A stretch of DNA of 64,000 nt from Ignavibacteriota bacterium (GTDB taxonomy: Bacteria; Bacteroidota; Ignavibacteria; UBA10030; UBA6906), in NCBI GenBank assembly GCA_963808715.1, contig CAWEHG010000040.1:99420-163419 (forward strand). The letters run 5' to 3'. The first letter of the stretch is position 1, and each line of letters begins with the position of its first letter. This document shows positions 12,414 through 21,815 of the stretch, piece by piece. Position numbers and translations under genes: made by a program. The notes under the pieces were generated by a model. It saw nothing but the letters and a program-made list of their open reading frames with translations. It was not told the origin of the DNA and did no database searches.

Positions 12414-12442
12414 TTGACCGGTTCCCCGTAAAGGCGTATATT
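12414..12442 (+). promoter_or_regulatory. Putative sigma70 promoter for the T9SS surface protein
   Basis: TTGACC-17 bp-TATATT, followed by AAGGAG Shine-Dalgarno before ATG 12512. Confidence 0.7.
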
Positions 12443-12511
12443 CAAGTCCCTACAGGTTGGTTCAATATCATCTGTTGATGTTCAATCCACACCCACATAA
12501 AGGAGTGCCTT

Positions 12512-15500
12512 ATGAAGCGCTTCGCTTTGCTACTTCTGCCGTTGTTGATCGCAGGAGTCGTGTTCGGTGCTGCTGACCGGCGCGCGGAGAAACTCGCCAT
12601 GGAGCGAGAAGCCCGTTCGACGGATTTCGCGGCGAAGGTTCAGGCGGCGACCGGCGGTTGGTTGCTGATGTATCCTGAGGCGTCCGGCCACGATTTCCGT
12701 GGCGTTTCTCTTTCTCCCAGCGGGAAGATCTGGATCACAGGGTTCAACACGACGACGAACCTGGACTGGGTGTGGACGTCGAATGACAAAGGCGCCTCCT
12801 GGTCGAAGACCCAGGTCCTGACGGGACAGGGGATCACCGAGGTCGCGGCGGTGAACGACACCGAAGCGGTCTTCGGGACCTTCGATGGTCGTCTCTTCTA
12901 CACGAAGAACGGCGGGGTCAAATGGGACAGCGTCTATGCCTATGCTCCCGGCGTGGGCTGGTTCAACGGCATTCGTGTGGTCAAGGGCGACACGCTGATG
13001 GCCTTCGGTGATGCCGATGCGCAGGGTCTGTGCGTGGTGATGAGCGTCGACCGTGGCAAGACCTGGACCCGTTTCACGAACCTTCCGACGGAAGTGAAGG
13101 AAGCCGATGGCTACGCCGCCTACTCCACCTATCGCCAGGCCATGTCGGTCTACAACCGCACCGTCTGGATTTGCGCTGTACTTCGGGTCTTCAGCCGCAA
13201 CGCGCGCCTCCTGAAGACCACCGATATGGGCGCGACGTGGACGACCTGGGAAGTTACCCTGACCGGCGGTACGGCCCAGAACTACTACCTCCGGGCAATC
13301 AACTTCGTGGACGATTCGCTCGGGTTCGGTGTCGACCGGCAGATCGCCGTCGAGCAATGACCACTGGGTCCACAAGACCACCAACGGCGGTCTGACCTGG
13401 GGCGATACGCTGAGCCTTGAGCCCGGTCCGCATGCCCAGTTCAAGGTCCGTTCGGTGAAACCGGTTCCCGGCACCACCACCTGGTACGCCGCGGGCTGGA
13501 ACGCCACGGGGAACGTCTCCCGGGCATGGAAATCGATCGACAACGGCACGACCTGGACCCCGATGCATCCCGGTACGGTCGGGATCCTGACGAACTACGC
13601 GCCTTCAAGACCGACGACCGAGGGTATGTGGTCGGGGCCGGGATCGCGCTGAAGTACAATGCCAAGAACGTCCGCAAGGTCACGTTCAACCTGAACACCG
13701 CCACCGTGCCTGACACGCTGCCGGTGACCGGGAGCGTGACGCAGATCCGCGGCGGCGTCAACCATGCCGGCGGCGGATTCTCCCCGATCACCTGGGGGAA
13801 CGACGCGCAGAACAACATGACCCGCGTCGGCGGCGACTACTGGAGGAAGACCTCTACATGCAGGTCGGCGACACGCTGAGCTACAAGTACGTCATCGAGC
13901 ATCCGGCCGGGAACACGGGCTGGGAGCAGGGCGTGGTTCCGGCCAACTTCCCGAGCCAGACCAACGCGAACCGGAGCTACGTCGTGGCCGACAAGGACAC
14001 GGTGCTCCCGGTGGAGTTCTGGAACAACGGCGCGAACACCGCCCGCAGTATTTCCGTCCCTATGCGGCGGTGGCCGACAGCTACATGACGGTCTACTTCC
14101 GCGTCAACATGCTGGGCCCGATCTCCAGCGGCACGTTCGGGTTCAACAACGACAAGGACACGGTCGGCGTGCGCGGCGGCGGTCCGGCAGGCAGCGACCT
14201 GAACTGGGCTCCGACGTTCTACCTGAAGAAGGAGCCGGTAGCGTCGAACTGGGCCAACACGACGGTCCAGGCGGGCTCCTTCTGGTCGGGCGGGCTGAAG
14301 TTCCCGAAATCCGCGGTCAACGACCGGCGACTCCATCTCCTACAAGTTCCTCATCGGCTATGACTGGGGCCGGACGAGTTGCAGGGCGGCGCGCCGAACC
14401 GGAAGTTCACTGTTCCGGTCGGCAAGAAGGACACCACGCTCTACTTCTCCTACTTCAACAACGAACGCCCGACGGTGCGTGCGAACCCCGACACGGTGGC
14501 GATGACCTTCCGCGTCAATCTCGCGCAGACCGCGGCGAGCGGCGGGTTCAACGTGACCAACGATACGATCCAGGTGCGGACCGGCTACTTCAACACCCCG
14601 GCGATCCGGGCCGGACGCGTCAGATGGTCCGCGTCTCAGGGACGATCTTCCAGGTGACCGACACGATCGTCACCGCGAAGAACAAGCTGCTGGACTACCA
14701 GTACTACGTCATCCGTGACGGTGTGGAAATCCGCGAGAACTACTACAACTTCAACTACACCGGGCCGACTCCCAGCGAGGCGGAACGCCGTCAGATCCTT
14801 ATCCCGACGACGGCCTCCAAGGCGCAGATGACGTTCGTCTACGACACGTCCACCAGCATCACACAGGCCCGGCGTCAGCCGAACTTCCCGAACTCCCGCG
14901 AGCTCGCGCAGAAGGTGAGGGTGCGGTAGGAGGTCGACCTCCGTCCGGCATACTACACGCTGGAACTGGGCAGCGACTCGCTTGTTCGACATCCAGAGCG
15001 CGTTCCGGACGCTCATCCCGAAGGACAAGGACTCCATCATGAAGTGGGGAGTCTGGATGAACGGTCTTGCGGTGGGCGCCTGGAGCAATCCGACGGCGGC
15101 GACTGGGGCCTCGGGCTCCACGACAACCTGGCGAAGAAGATGTATGACAACGGCACCAACGGTGACCGCGTCGCCAGGCGACTCCATCTTGACGCGGTAG
15201 GTCCTCTGCGCGCCGGACAGCATCACTCGTCGGCACGAAGGACCGCGTGGGCCAGGTCTTCAAGTTCGGTGTCTACGGCGGTGACAACGAAGGTGGCAGC
15301 GGCGGTTTCGGCAACAACCACGCCGCGAACATCGTCGATCGCCGACACGATCTATACGATCGCCGACCAGTTCGGCAGCATCAACCCGGCGTACTACCGG
15401 TTCTGGGACTACGACAACAAGAAGCCCAAGGTCCCGACCGCGTGTCGGCGAGCTCCGGTGCCGCTGACGTTCGACCTGGCACAGAACTACCCGAACCCCT

Positions 15501-15727
15501 TCAACCCTGCCACGCAGATCACGTACTCCCTGCCGGTGGCGGCCAAGGTTGAGCTGAAGGTGTTCAACGTGCTGGGTCAGGTGGTGGCCACGCTGGTCGA
15601 TGAAGTGAAGCCCGCCGGTGCCTACACCGCGCGCTTCGATGCGACCAACTTCGCGACCGGGATGTACATCTACAAGATCCAGGCGGGGAGCTTCTCGAGC
15701 GTCAAGAAGATGTTGCTCGTGAAGTAG
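12512..15727 (+). CDS. T9SS type-A-sorted protein: BNR/Ycf48-like beta-propeller plus tandem CBM20-like Ig modules (frameshifted)
   Basis: Signal peptide; Asp-box repeats SNDKGASW, TKNGGVKW, SVDRGKTW, TTDMGATW, TTNGGLTW, SIDNGTTW; modules starting VTFNLN, VYFRVNM, MTFRVNL; CTD LAQNYPNPFNP..GMYIYKIQAG..KKMLLVK. Confidence 0.82.
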
Positions 15728-15750
15728 CACCGTGCTTTCAGGCTTTGCAT

Positions 15751-15791
15751 CAGGGCGACTCCGGGGAAGACCCGGCGTCGCCCTGCTGTTT
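15751..15791 (+). terminator. Probable intrinsic terminator
   Basis: CAGGGCGACTCCGGG-GAAGA-CCCGGCGTCGCCCTG stem followed by CTGTTT, 24 nt after stop. Confidence 0.6.
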
Positions 15792-15816
15792 CACACCGCA
15801 CCGGCAGTCCAGGATA

Positions 15817-15898
15817 GCCGCAGAGGCGCTGAGACGCAGAGACCCAAGACGGAATTCCCATGAACGTGCACCTCTCTGCGACTCTGCGTCTCGGCGGC
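15817..15898. repeat. REP-like hairpin with 8-nt periodic arms (CGCAGAG/CTCTGCG)
   Basis: GCCGCAGAGGCGCTGAGACGCAGAGA pairs with TCTCTGCGACTCTGCGTCTCGGCGGC. Confidence 0.8.
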
Positions 15899-17701
15899 CA
15901 TCTTGCGTTGTTCGCCATGTTCTCCCTGCCTGTCGGGTCTGCCGGACGTGCCCAGTCCGATCCCGTCGTCGCGCGGGCGGGGTCGATGTATATCTCCGAA
16001 GACGAATTCCTCGAACGCTTCGAACTCTCTCCCGGTCTCTACCGGCGCAAAGGCGCCCGGCTCGAGAGTGAGAAGCTGTCACTGCTCTACTCCATGATCG
16101 CGGAAAAGCTGCTGGCCCAGGAGGCTCTGGAGCGGAACTTCGATCGGGACACCCTGTACTCGTCCGCCCTTGACGCGGTGGCCCGGCTCCTGGCACGCGA
16201 CGAGCTCTACCGGCAGGAGGTCGGGCGGAAGGTCAGCGTCACGCCTGCCGAGATCACGCAGGGAATGCAACAGGCGCGCACGGAGCTGCTCGTCCGTTTC
16301 CTCTTCTGCGAAGACTCCACCACCGCCGCGTTCCTCCGCGGCCGCATCCGCACGGCGGAGGACCTCGATCGCATGGTGCCGGAGAGCGGCATGGGGGTGC
16401 TTCGCGACACCGCCACGGTGGTGTGGGGCGACGCCGATACCACCATCGAGAGGACCGCGTACGCCCTCGGCCCGCGGAGCGGTCTCGCCCGCGGTCCGCG
16501 CCGGCGACGGCTGGTATGTCCTGCGCGTGGTTTCAAAACGGCGGAGCCCGGTGTACGGTGAACTCTCCCCCGGAGCTCTCCGTGAACGGGTGGAAGCCAC
16601 GGTGCGCCGCCGGAAAGAGGCGGTCCGGGAGATCGAGTTCCTGCACGACTTCCTTCGCGACAAGATCGCCTATTCGCCTCCCCGGACTGCCCGGCGCTTC
16701 GCCGAGGCCGTGCGCGTGACCTTCGGGAACGTTACCGTCCCCCCTCCACCACTCTGGATTCGGCGGCGGCAGCCGCCCTGGAACAGCGATGCGCTCTCTT
16801 CCTCGATGACACTCTGCTCGTGGCCGGGCGGGAAGATATGGCGGACCGGCGAGATGATCGACCATCTCCGCCGCCGGGGATTCGCCGTTTCGGGGGATTC
16901 CGTTTTCGGCATCCCGGGCCGGCTTCGCGCCGTGTTCGAAGAAACGGCGCACCATGAACTCCTCGCTCAGGAGGCAATGCGTCGCGGACTCGATCGCACC
17001 CCCGAAGTGCAGAAGAAACTGGAGCCCTGGCGGCACCACTATCTTGCAGGCATCGCGCGCCGCAGGATCCCCCTTTCGGCCACCGACGGGGAGGTCTATG
17101 CGTATCTCCGCTCCACCGGCGCCTCGCCGGTCGTCCCGGAGGTCAGGTTGAGGGAGTTGCGCACCCCTTCCGTCGGGCAGATGGTGAAAGCGATCGAGCT
17201 GCTGGACGCCGGTGGTTCGTTCGAGGAGGCCGTGGCCCGGTTCTCGTCCGATCCCGCAGCGAAGGACGCGGGCGGGTTGACAGCGATTCTTTCCTGTTAC
17301 CGAGCGGCAACCCATAGGCTCGATCGCCGCGGCGATGAAGGTCGGACAGATCTACGGCCCGTTGCGCGACTCGCTCGGACTGCTGCTCTTCCGGCTGGAG
17401 GCATTGCGGAACACGCGCGACAGCGCGGATACCTCCTCCGCCCGGGCGTTCGAGACGCGCACGGAGGGAACTGCTCAGAATGAAGCAGCAGCGGGCGACC
17501 ACACTCCTGATCTCCCGCGCGGCCAAAGACCGGGGATTCGAAGTGTACACAGACCGGCTCAAACAGCTGAAAGTGACCCCCTTCCCGATGGTGGCCTATC
17601 GCATCCTCGGGTTCGGCGGGAGGATGTTCGAAGTCCCCTTCGTCGAGCCGCAGCTCGAGTGGCTTGAGACCGAACCGCCGGCGGAAAGGATCCTGCCATG
17701 A
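15860..17701 (+). CDS. PpiC/SurA-like peptidyl-prolyl isomerase family protein (frameshifted)
   Basis: VVARAG..ISEDEFLERF, LLYSMIAEKLLAQEA; two parvulin-like segments (VSPAVRAGDGWYVLRV; SFEEAVARFSSDPAAKDAGG..MKVGQIYGP). Confidence 0.72.
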
Positions 17702-19677
17702 GTTCCTCCAAACTCTCCCGCGGCAAGCTGCTCCTGTTCAGCGTGATCCCTGCGGCGGTCCTGCTCGTGCTGCTCGTTGGGACGGAACTGCTGATCAGGG
17801 TCCTCCATCCGGAAGACGACCTGGCGCTGGTGCGGGAGGTCCGCTATGACGGGATCGACTGGTATGAAACCAACCGCTCGGCCCTTCGCCTCTACTTTCC
17901 CCCCGGCACGCCTGCGGTGCCGGAGTTCAAGACCTCGTTGTTCAGGCGGCAGAAAGTCACGGGGGCCCTGAGGATCTTCTGCCTGGGCGAGTCCTCGATG
18001 TTCGGGACCCCGTACGACATGAACGCCAACATCCCCGGGATCGTCCGGAAGCAGCTTCGCAGGCTGATGCCCGGAAGGGAGGTGGAGGTCGTCAACTGGG
18101 GGGCTTCGGCGATCAACAGCAACGTCGTGCGGGATCTGGCCCCGGCGATTGCTGCGGTTCCAGCCAGATGCCGTCTTCGTGTACCTCGGCCACAACGAGC
18201 TCTACGGGCCGGACGGCGTCGGCGCCTCCTGGATCGAGAAGCAGTTCCCGGCGATCACCGGGTGGAAATATGGCCTCAGGAGGCTCCGCCTCTTCCGGGC
18301 CGCCCAATCGTTGCTCCCGTCGCCGGCTCCGTCACGCGAGGAGGCGGCGAACCTGATGAAGGAGGTCTCCGGGGGTCATCTTGTGTCTTCCGATTCTCCC
18401 GACGCCCGGCGGGTATACGGGAACTTCGAAACGAATCTCCGGGCCATTGTCGGGGTGTTCACGCAGGCCGGCATACCGGTGGTCCTCAGCGATGTGACGT
18501 CGAACCTGATGTTCCCGCCCTTCGTTTCCGATGCGGCCGGGCGGGCCGATTCGACTCTCCGTTCGCTCTACTCTGCAGGTGACGATGCGGGCGTCCTGGC
18601 CCGCTACGCGGAACGTTCCTCGGAGGGCCGGCTCGCGTGCTGTCGACCATTACTGGGCGGGCCGGGCGTTGATACGGACGGGTGATACAGCCGGTGCGAG
18701 GAGTGCGCTCGTGCGTGCGAGAGACGCCGACCTCCTGAAGTTTCGCGCCCCCTCGGAGATCAACAGCGTGATCCGGCGGGTCGCCGCCGGCGCAGGGGTC
18801 CCGCTGTCTCGCCGCTGATTCGGTCTTCAGTTCAGCCAGCGAGGGGGGGATCCCCGGGGACAGTCTCTTCTGGGAACACCTGCACCCGACGCTGCGAGGC
18901 TACTACCTGCTGGCGAACGGATATGTCGATGCCGCCAGAGGGCTCCTCTCTCTCCCGGCCGGTTCGGCGGCAATGATACCGCTGGATCCCGATTCGCTCT
19001 CGATCGCATGGATGGAGCTCGCCTACGCCGACCTCTCCATCCGCCATCTGACCGGCCGGTGGCCGTTCCAGGACTACCGGCGGGCCCCCGCGGTGATCGG
19101 CGGGGCCGACCCTGTCCCGCTCGAGATCGTCTCCGGTGTGTACGGTCGCCGTACGATCTGGAACGATGGGTGTTATCAGACAGCGACCTATTTCTGGTCG
19201 AAGGGGGATCTCCGGAGCGCGCGCACCACGTTCGAAGCGATGCTGGAAGACTACCCGTTCTCCTTCTACACGAACTACCTGCTGGGGAGCCTGCTGAGCA
19301 CGTCCGGTGAGCGGACGCGCGCGGTGCCGTACTACCGGCGCTCCATCGTGTCGAACCCCGAGTATCCCCATGCGCGGCTCGAGCTGGGCCTGCTGCTGGT
19401 GAACCTCTCCGATTATGACGGCGCGATCGCGCAACTGGAAGGGCTGACCGTCCGCTCCGCGCCGCAGAACGACCGTATGATCACCGCCACCGCCTGCTAC
19501 GGCCTCGGCGCGGCGTACGCGAACAAGGGGGATCTTCGTAGGGCGCTGGAGATGCTGGACAGGGCGCTGGCGCTTATGCCCGGATACGCGGACGCTGAGC
19601 GCCTCCGCACCCAGATCCGCCAGGCACTGCCAGGGGCGGATGGGCCACGGGGACACGGAGCTACGGAGGGGAGATAG
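17698..19677 (+). CDS. Membrane-anchored SGNH/GDSL hydrolase with C-terminal TPRs (frameshifted)
   Basis: N-terminal TM; RIFCLGESS (block I), VVNWG, YLGHNELYG, FWEHLHP (block V); TPR helices at C-terminus. Confidence 0.8.
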
Positions 19678-19709
19678 GCTTCTCTCCGTGGCTCCGCGCC
19701 TCCGTGGCC
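19643..19709. repeat. REP-like hairpin with 8-nt periodic arms (ACGGAG/CTCCGT), possible bidirectional terminator
   Basis: GGCCACGGGGACACGGAGCTACGGAG pairs with CTCCGTGGCTCCGCGCCTCCGTGGCC between convergent genes. Confidence 0.75.
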
Positions 19710-19715
19710 GTCCTG

Positions 19716-21722
19716 TCAGAGGGTGTGGAGTTGATCTCGGCGAGGAGCTGCACAGCAGGCAGATAGTCGGGCTTCAATGCAAGGACCTGGTTGACGCGGC
19801 TTCAATGCCGCCTCGCGCCGGCCGAGCCGGAAGAGGGCCACTGCCAGGAGGTTCCCGTTCTCCGCCTGCTCATCGCGGGTCTGCGGAAAGGCGAATGTCC
19901 GCTCATACATCTTCGCGGCCTCGTCGAACGACTTCGCGTTCAGGGCGATATCGCCAAGAGCCCTGCATGCGAGGATCGTCGGTTTGACGTCCAGGGAGGC
20001 CTCGAGCAGCGCACGCACCTCGGGGATCCTCTGTTCGTCCAGCAGCAGCCGGGACAGCTGCAGGTAGGGCTGGACGTCGAACAGCGGAAGCTGGCTGATC
20101 AGCGTGCGATACTCGCGTTCCAGGTTGCGCGCATCGCGGCGGTTGTAGTAGAACCGGACCGCCTCCCAGTGGGCCTCATGCCAGAAGAGCTGTGCGCTGG
20201 CGACCCTGTCGGCGAGCTGGCCCAGGGTGTCCGTCGGGGGGATGGCGTCCACCACGGGGATCCCTTCGGCGAACGGCCAGGCCGAGAGCAGGACCTCGGT
20301 TCTCCGGGCGGCGATCCGTTCGTCCAGTTCCGTGGTGTTGCGTTCCTCCCAGAACTTCCGGTCGGGGATGGTGTCGCGGGCTGCCCAGGCCTCGCGCGGA
20401 GCGAAGAACCCCCGTTCCTTCATCACCCGGGCGTACTCCTTCGCGAGGAGGAAGTAGCCTTTCGTGTTGGGGTGTAGATGCTCCAGGATCAGACTCTTCC
20501 CGACGAGCGAATCGGGAGACGCTGCGCGGAACGCCGCCTCCATGTCCGCCACGGCGACCCCGCCGCGGTCGTCGAACGAGCGGAGGACGTCGTTGAAGTC
20601 CGTGGAGGTGCGGAACCGGAGCTCGTCATAGTCGCGGGCGAGCCGGTACTCCGCTTCCGCTTCCCGTTTTCGCCCGAGGGTGTCGAGGGTCCTCGCCAGG
20701 AGGTAGCGGGCCTCGGCGTGGTGCCCGTCCAGCGCCAGCGCCATGGCGGAACAGTGAAGCTGCGGTGTCGGGTCGTCCGTTGAGTCCCTGCTCCAGTCCG
20801 GCGTTGACGAGCCGATGGAACTGCTCCCGCCGGGCCGGTGGCCATTCCTCGGGAAGCGAAGAGACGAACGGCTTGAGGTCCCGGAGGTTGGAGACCTGTG
20901 TTCCCATGACCAGAGGGACCCCGCGGCTGCGGAAGACCTCTGTCATGTCCGCGAGGTTGGCGCGCCAGGTCTCCAGAGCCCGCTGATAGAGCGGACTGCC
21001 AAAGGGGATGGTCCGGTCGCGGGCGAGCTTGGCCATCATCCCGAGGCCGCGGCTGTCGGGTGGGGGACCGCTCACCAGCGTCGCGGCCTTGCTGAGAAGG
21101 TCCCTGAGCAGGAGCACCGTCTTGAAGCGGATGGCCTTCAACGAAAGCAGCTGAAGCCATCGGGCACGTCCCATGGATTCGTTGGAGGCGACGCCGAGGG
21201 CGCCGTAGAACTCATTGTGCCCGTCGTACACGATCACCAGGTCCGGTTCGTAGTCGACCACTTCGCGGGCCATGTCCAGGGTGGTGAAGCTGTTCGTCGC
21301 GGTCATGCCCAGGTTGATCACCTCGATCTTCCGCTCGGGGAAAGAGCCGACGCAGGCGATCCCGCAGGAAGGACGAGAACGAGGTGTTGTAGTAGTAGGG
21401 GAATCCCACGGTGGTGGATCCGCCCAGGCAGAAGATCCGGAACGTCCCTGCCGGCTTCGGCACCAGGAAGTAGTCGGGGGACGTGGAAGGACTGAACGGG
21501 ACCCGGTAGAAGTACCGGCTCTTCACCTCCGGATTCATGAGGTGATACTGCTTTCCGTTCTGCACGTCGGTGATGAAGAGCGAGAGGTCGGGTCCGTACC
21601 CCGACCAGCGCAATCCCAGCTCCAGCAGGACGAAGAAGACCACAGGGAACAGCAGGGTCACTACAAAGAACAGGCGTTGACCTGGAGGCGGGCGGAGGCG
21701 TGCGTTTCGGGCGTACCGGCAT
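19716..21722 (-). CDS. Second SGNH/GDSL hydrolase-TPR paralogue (frameshifted)
   Basis: TM helix LFFVVTLLFPVVFFVLLELGL; RIFCLGGST, INLGMTA, YDGHNEFYG, ILEHLHP; TPRs. Confidence 0.8.
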
Positions 21723-21727
21723 GGGGA

Positions 21728-21756
21728 AATATACGTCCTTTGGAAGTGAAGTCCAA
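21728..21756 (-). promoter_or_regulatory. Putative promoter, possibly giving a leaderless mRNA
   Basis: Minus strand TTGGAC-17 bp-TATATT, then only 5 nt to ATG 21722. Confidence 0.5.
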
Positions 21757-21765
21757 CGAGTTCCG

Positions 21766-21794
21766 TTGCAGATTGGCGCCGTATTCGATACATT
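21766..21794 (+). promoter_or_regulatory. Putative sigma70 promoter for GH13-GH57 operon
   Basis: TTGCAG-17 bp-TACATT upstream of GTG 21816. Confidence 0.55.
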
Positions 21795-21815
21795 GAAGAC
21801 AATCGGAGAGATTGC

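Noticed and set aside
5176-15200. Five in-frame TAG codons (5176, 5489, 8703, 14927, 15198) suggesting amber recoding or pyrrolysine
   Set aside because: Context implies different residues (Gln, Trp, Tyr), TAG is a genuine stop elsewhere (15727 after the T9SS CTD, 40198, 44303, 59490), and no pyl genes or suppressor tRNA are present; base-calling errors are more likely
11309-19709. CRISPR array or IS ends
   Set aside because: The repeats are isolated hairpins, not regularly spaced direct repeats; no cas or transposase genes and no target-site duplications seen
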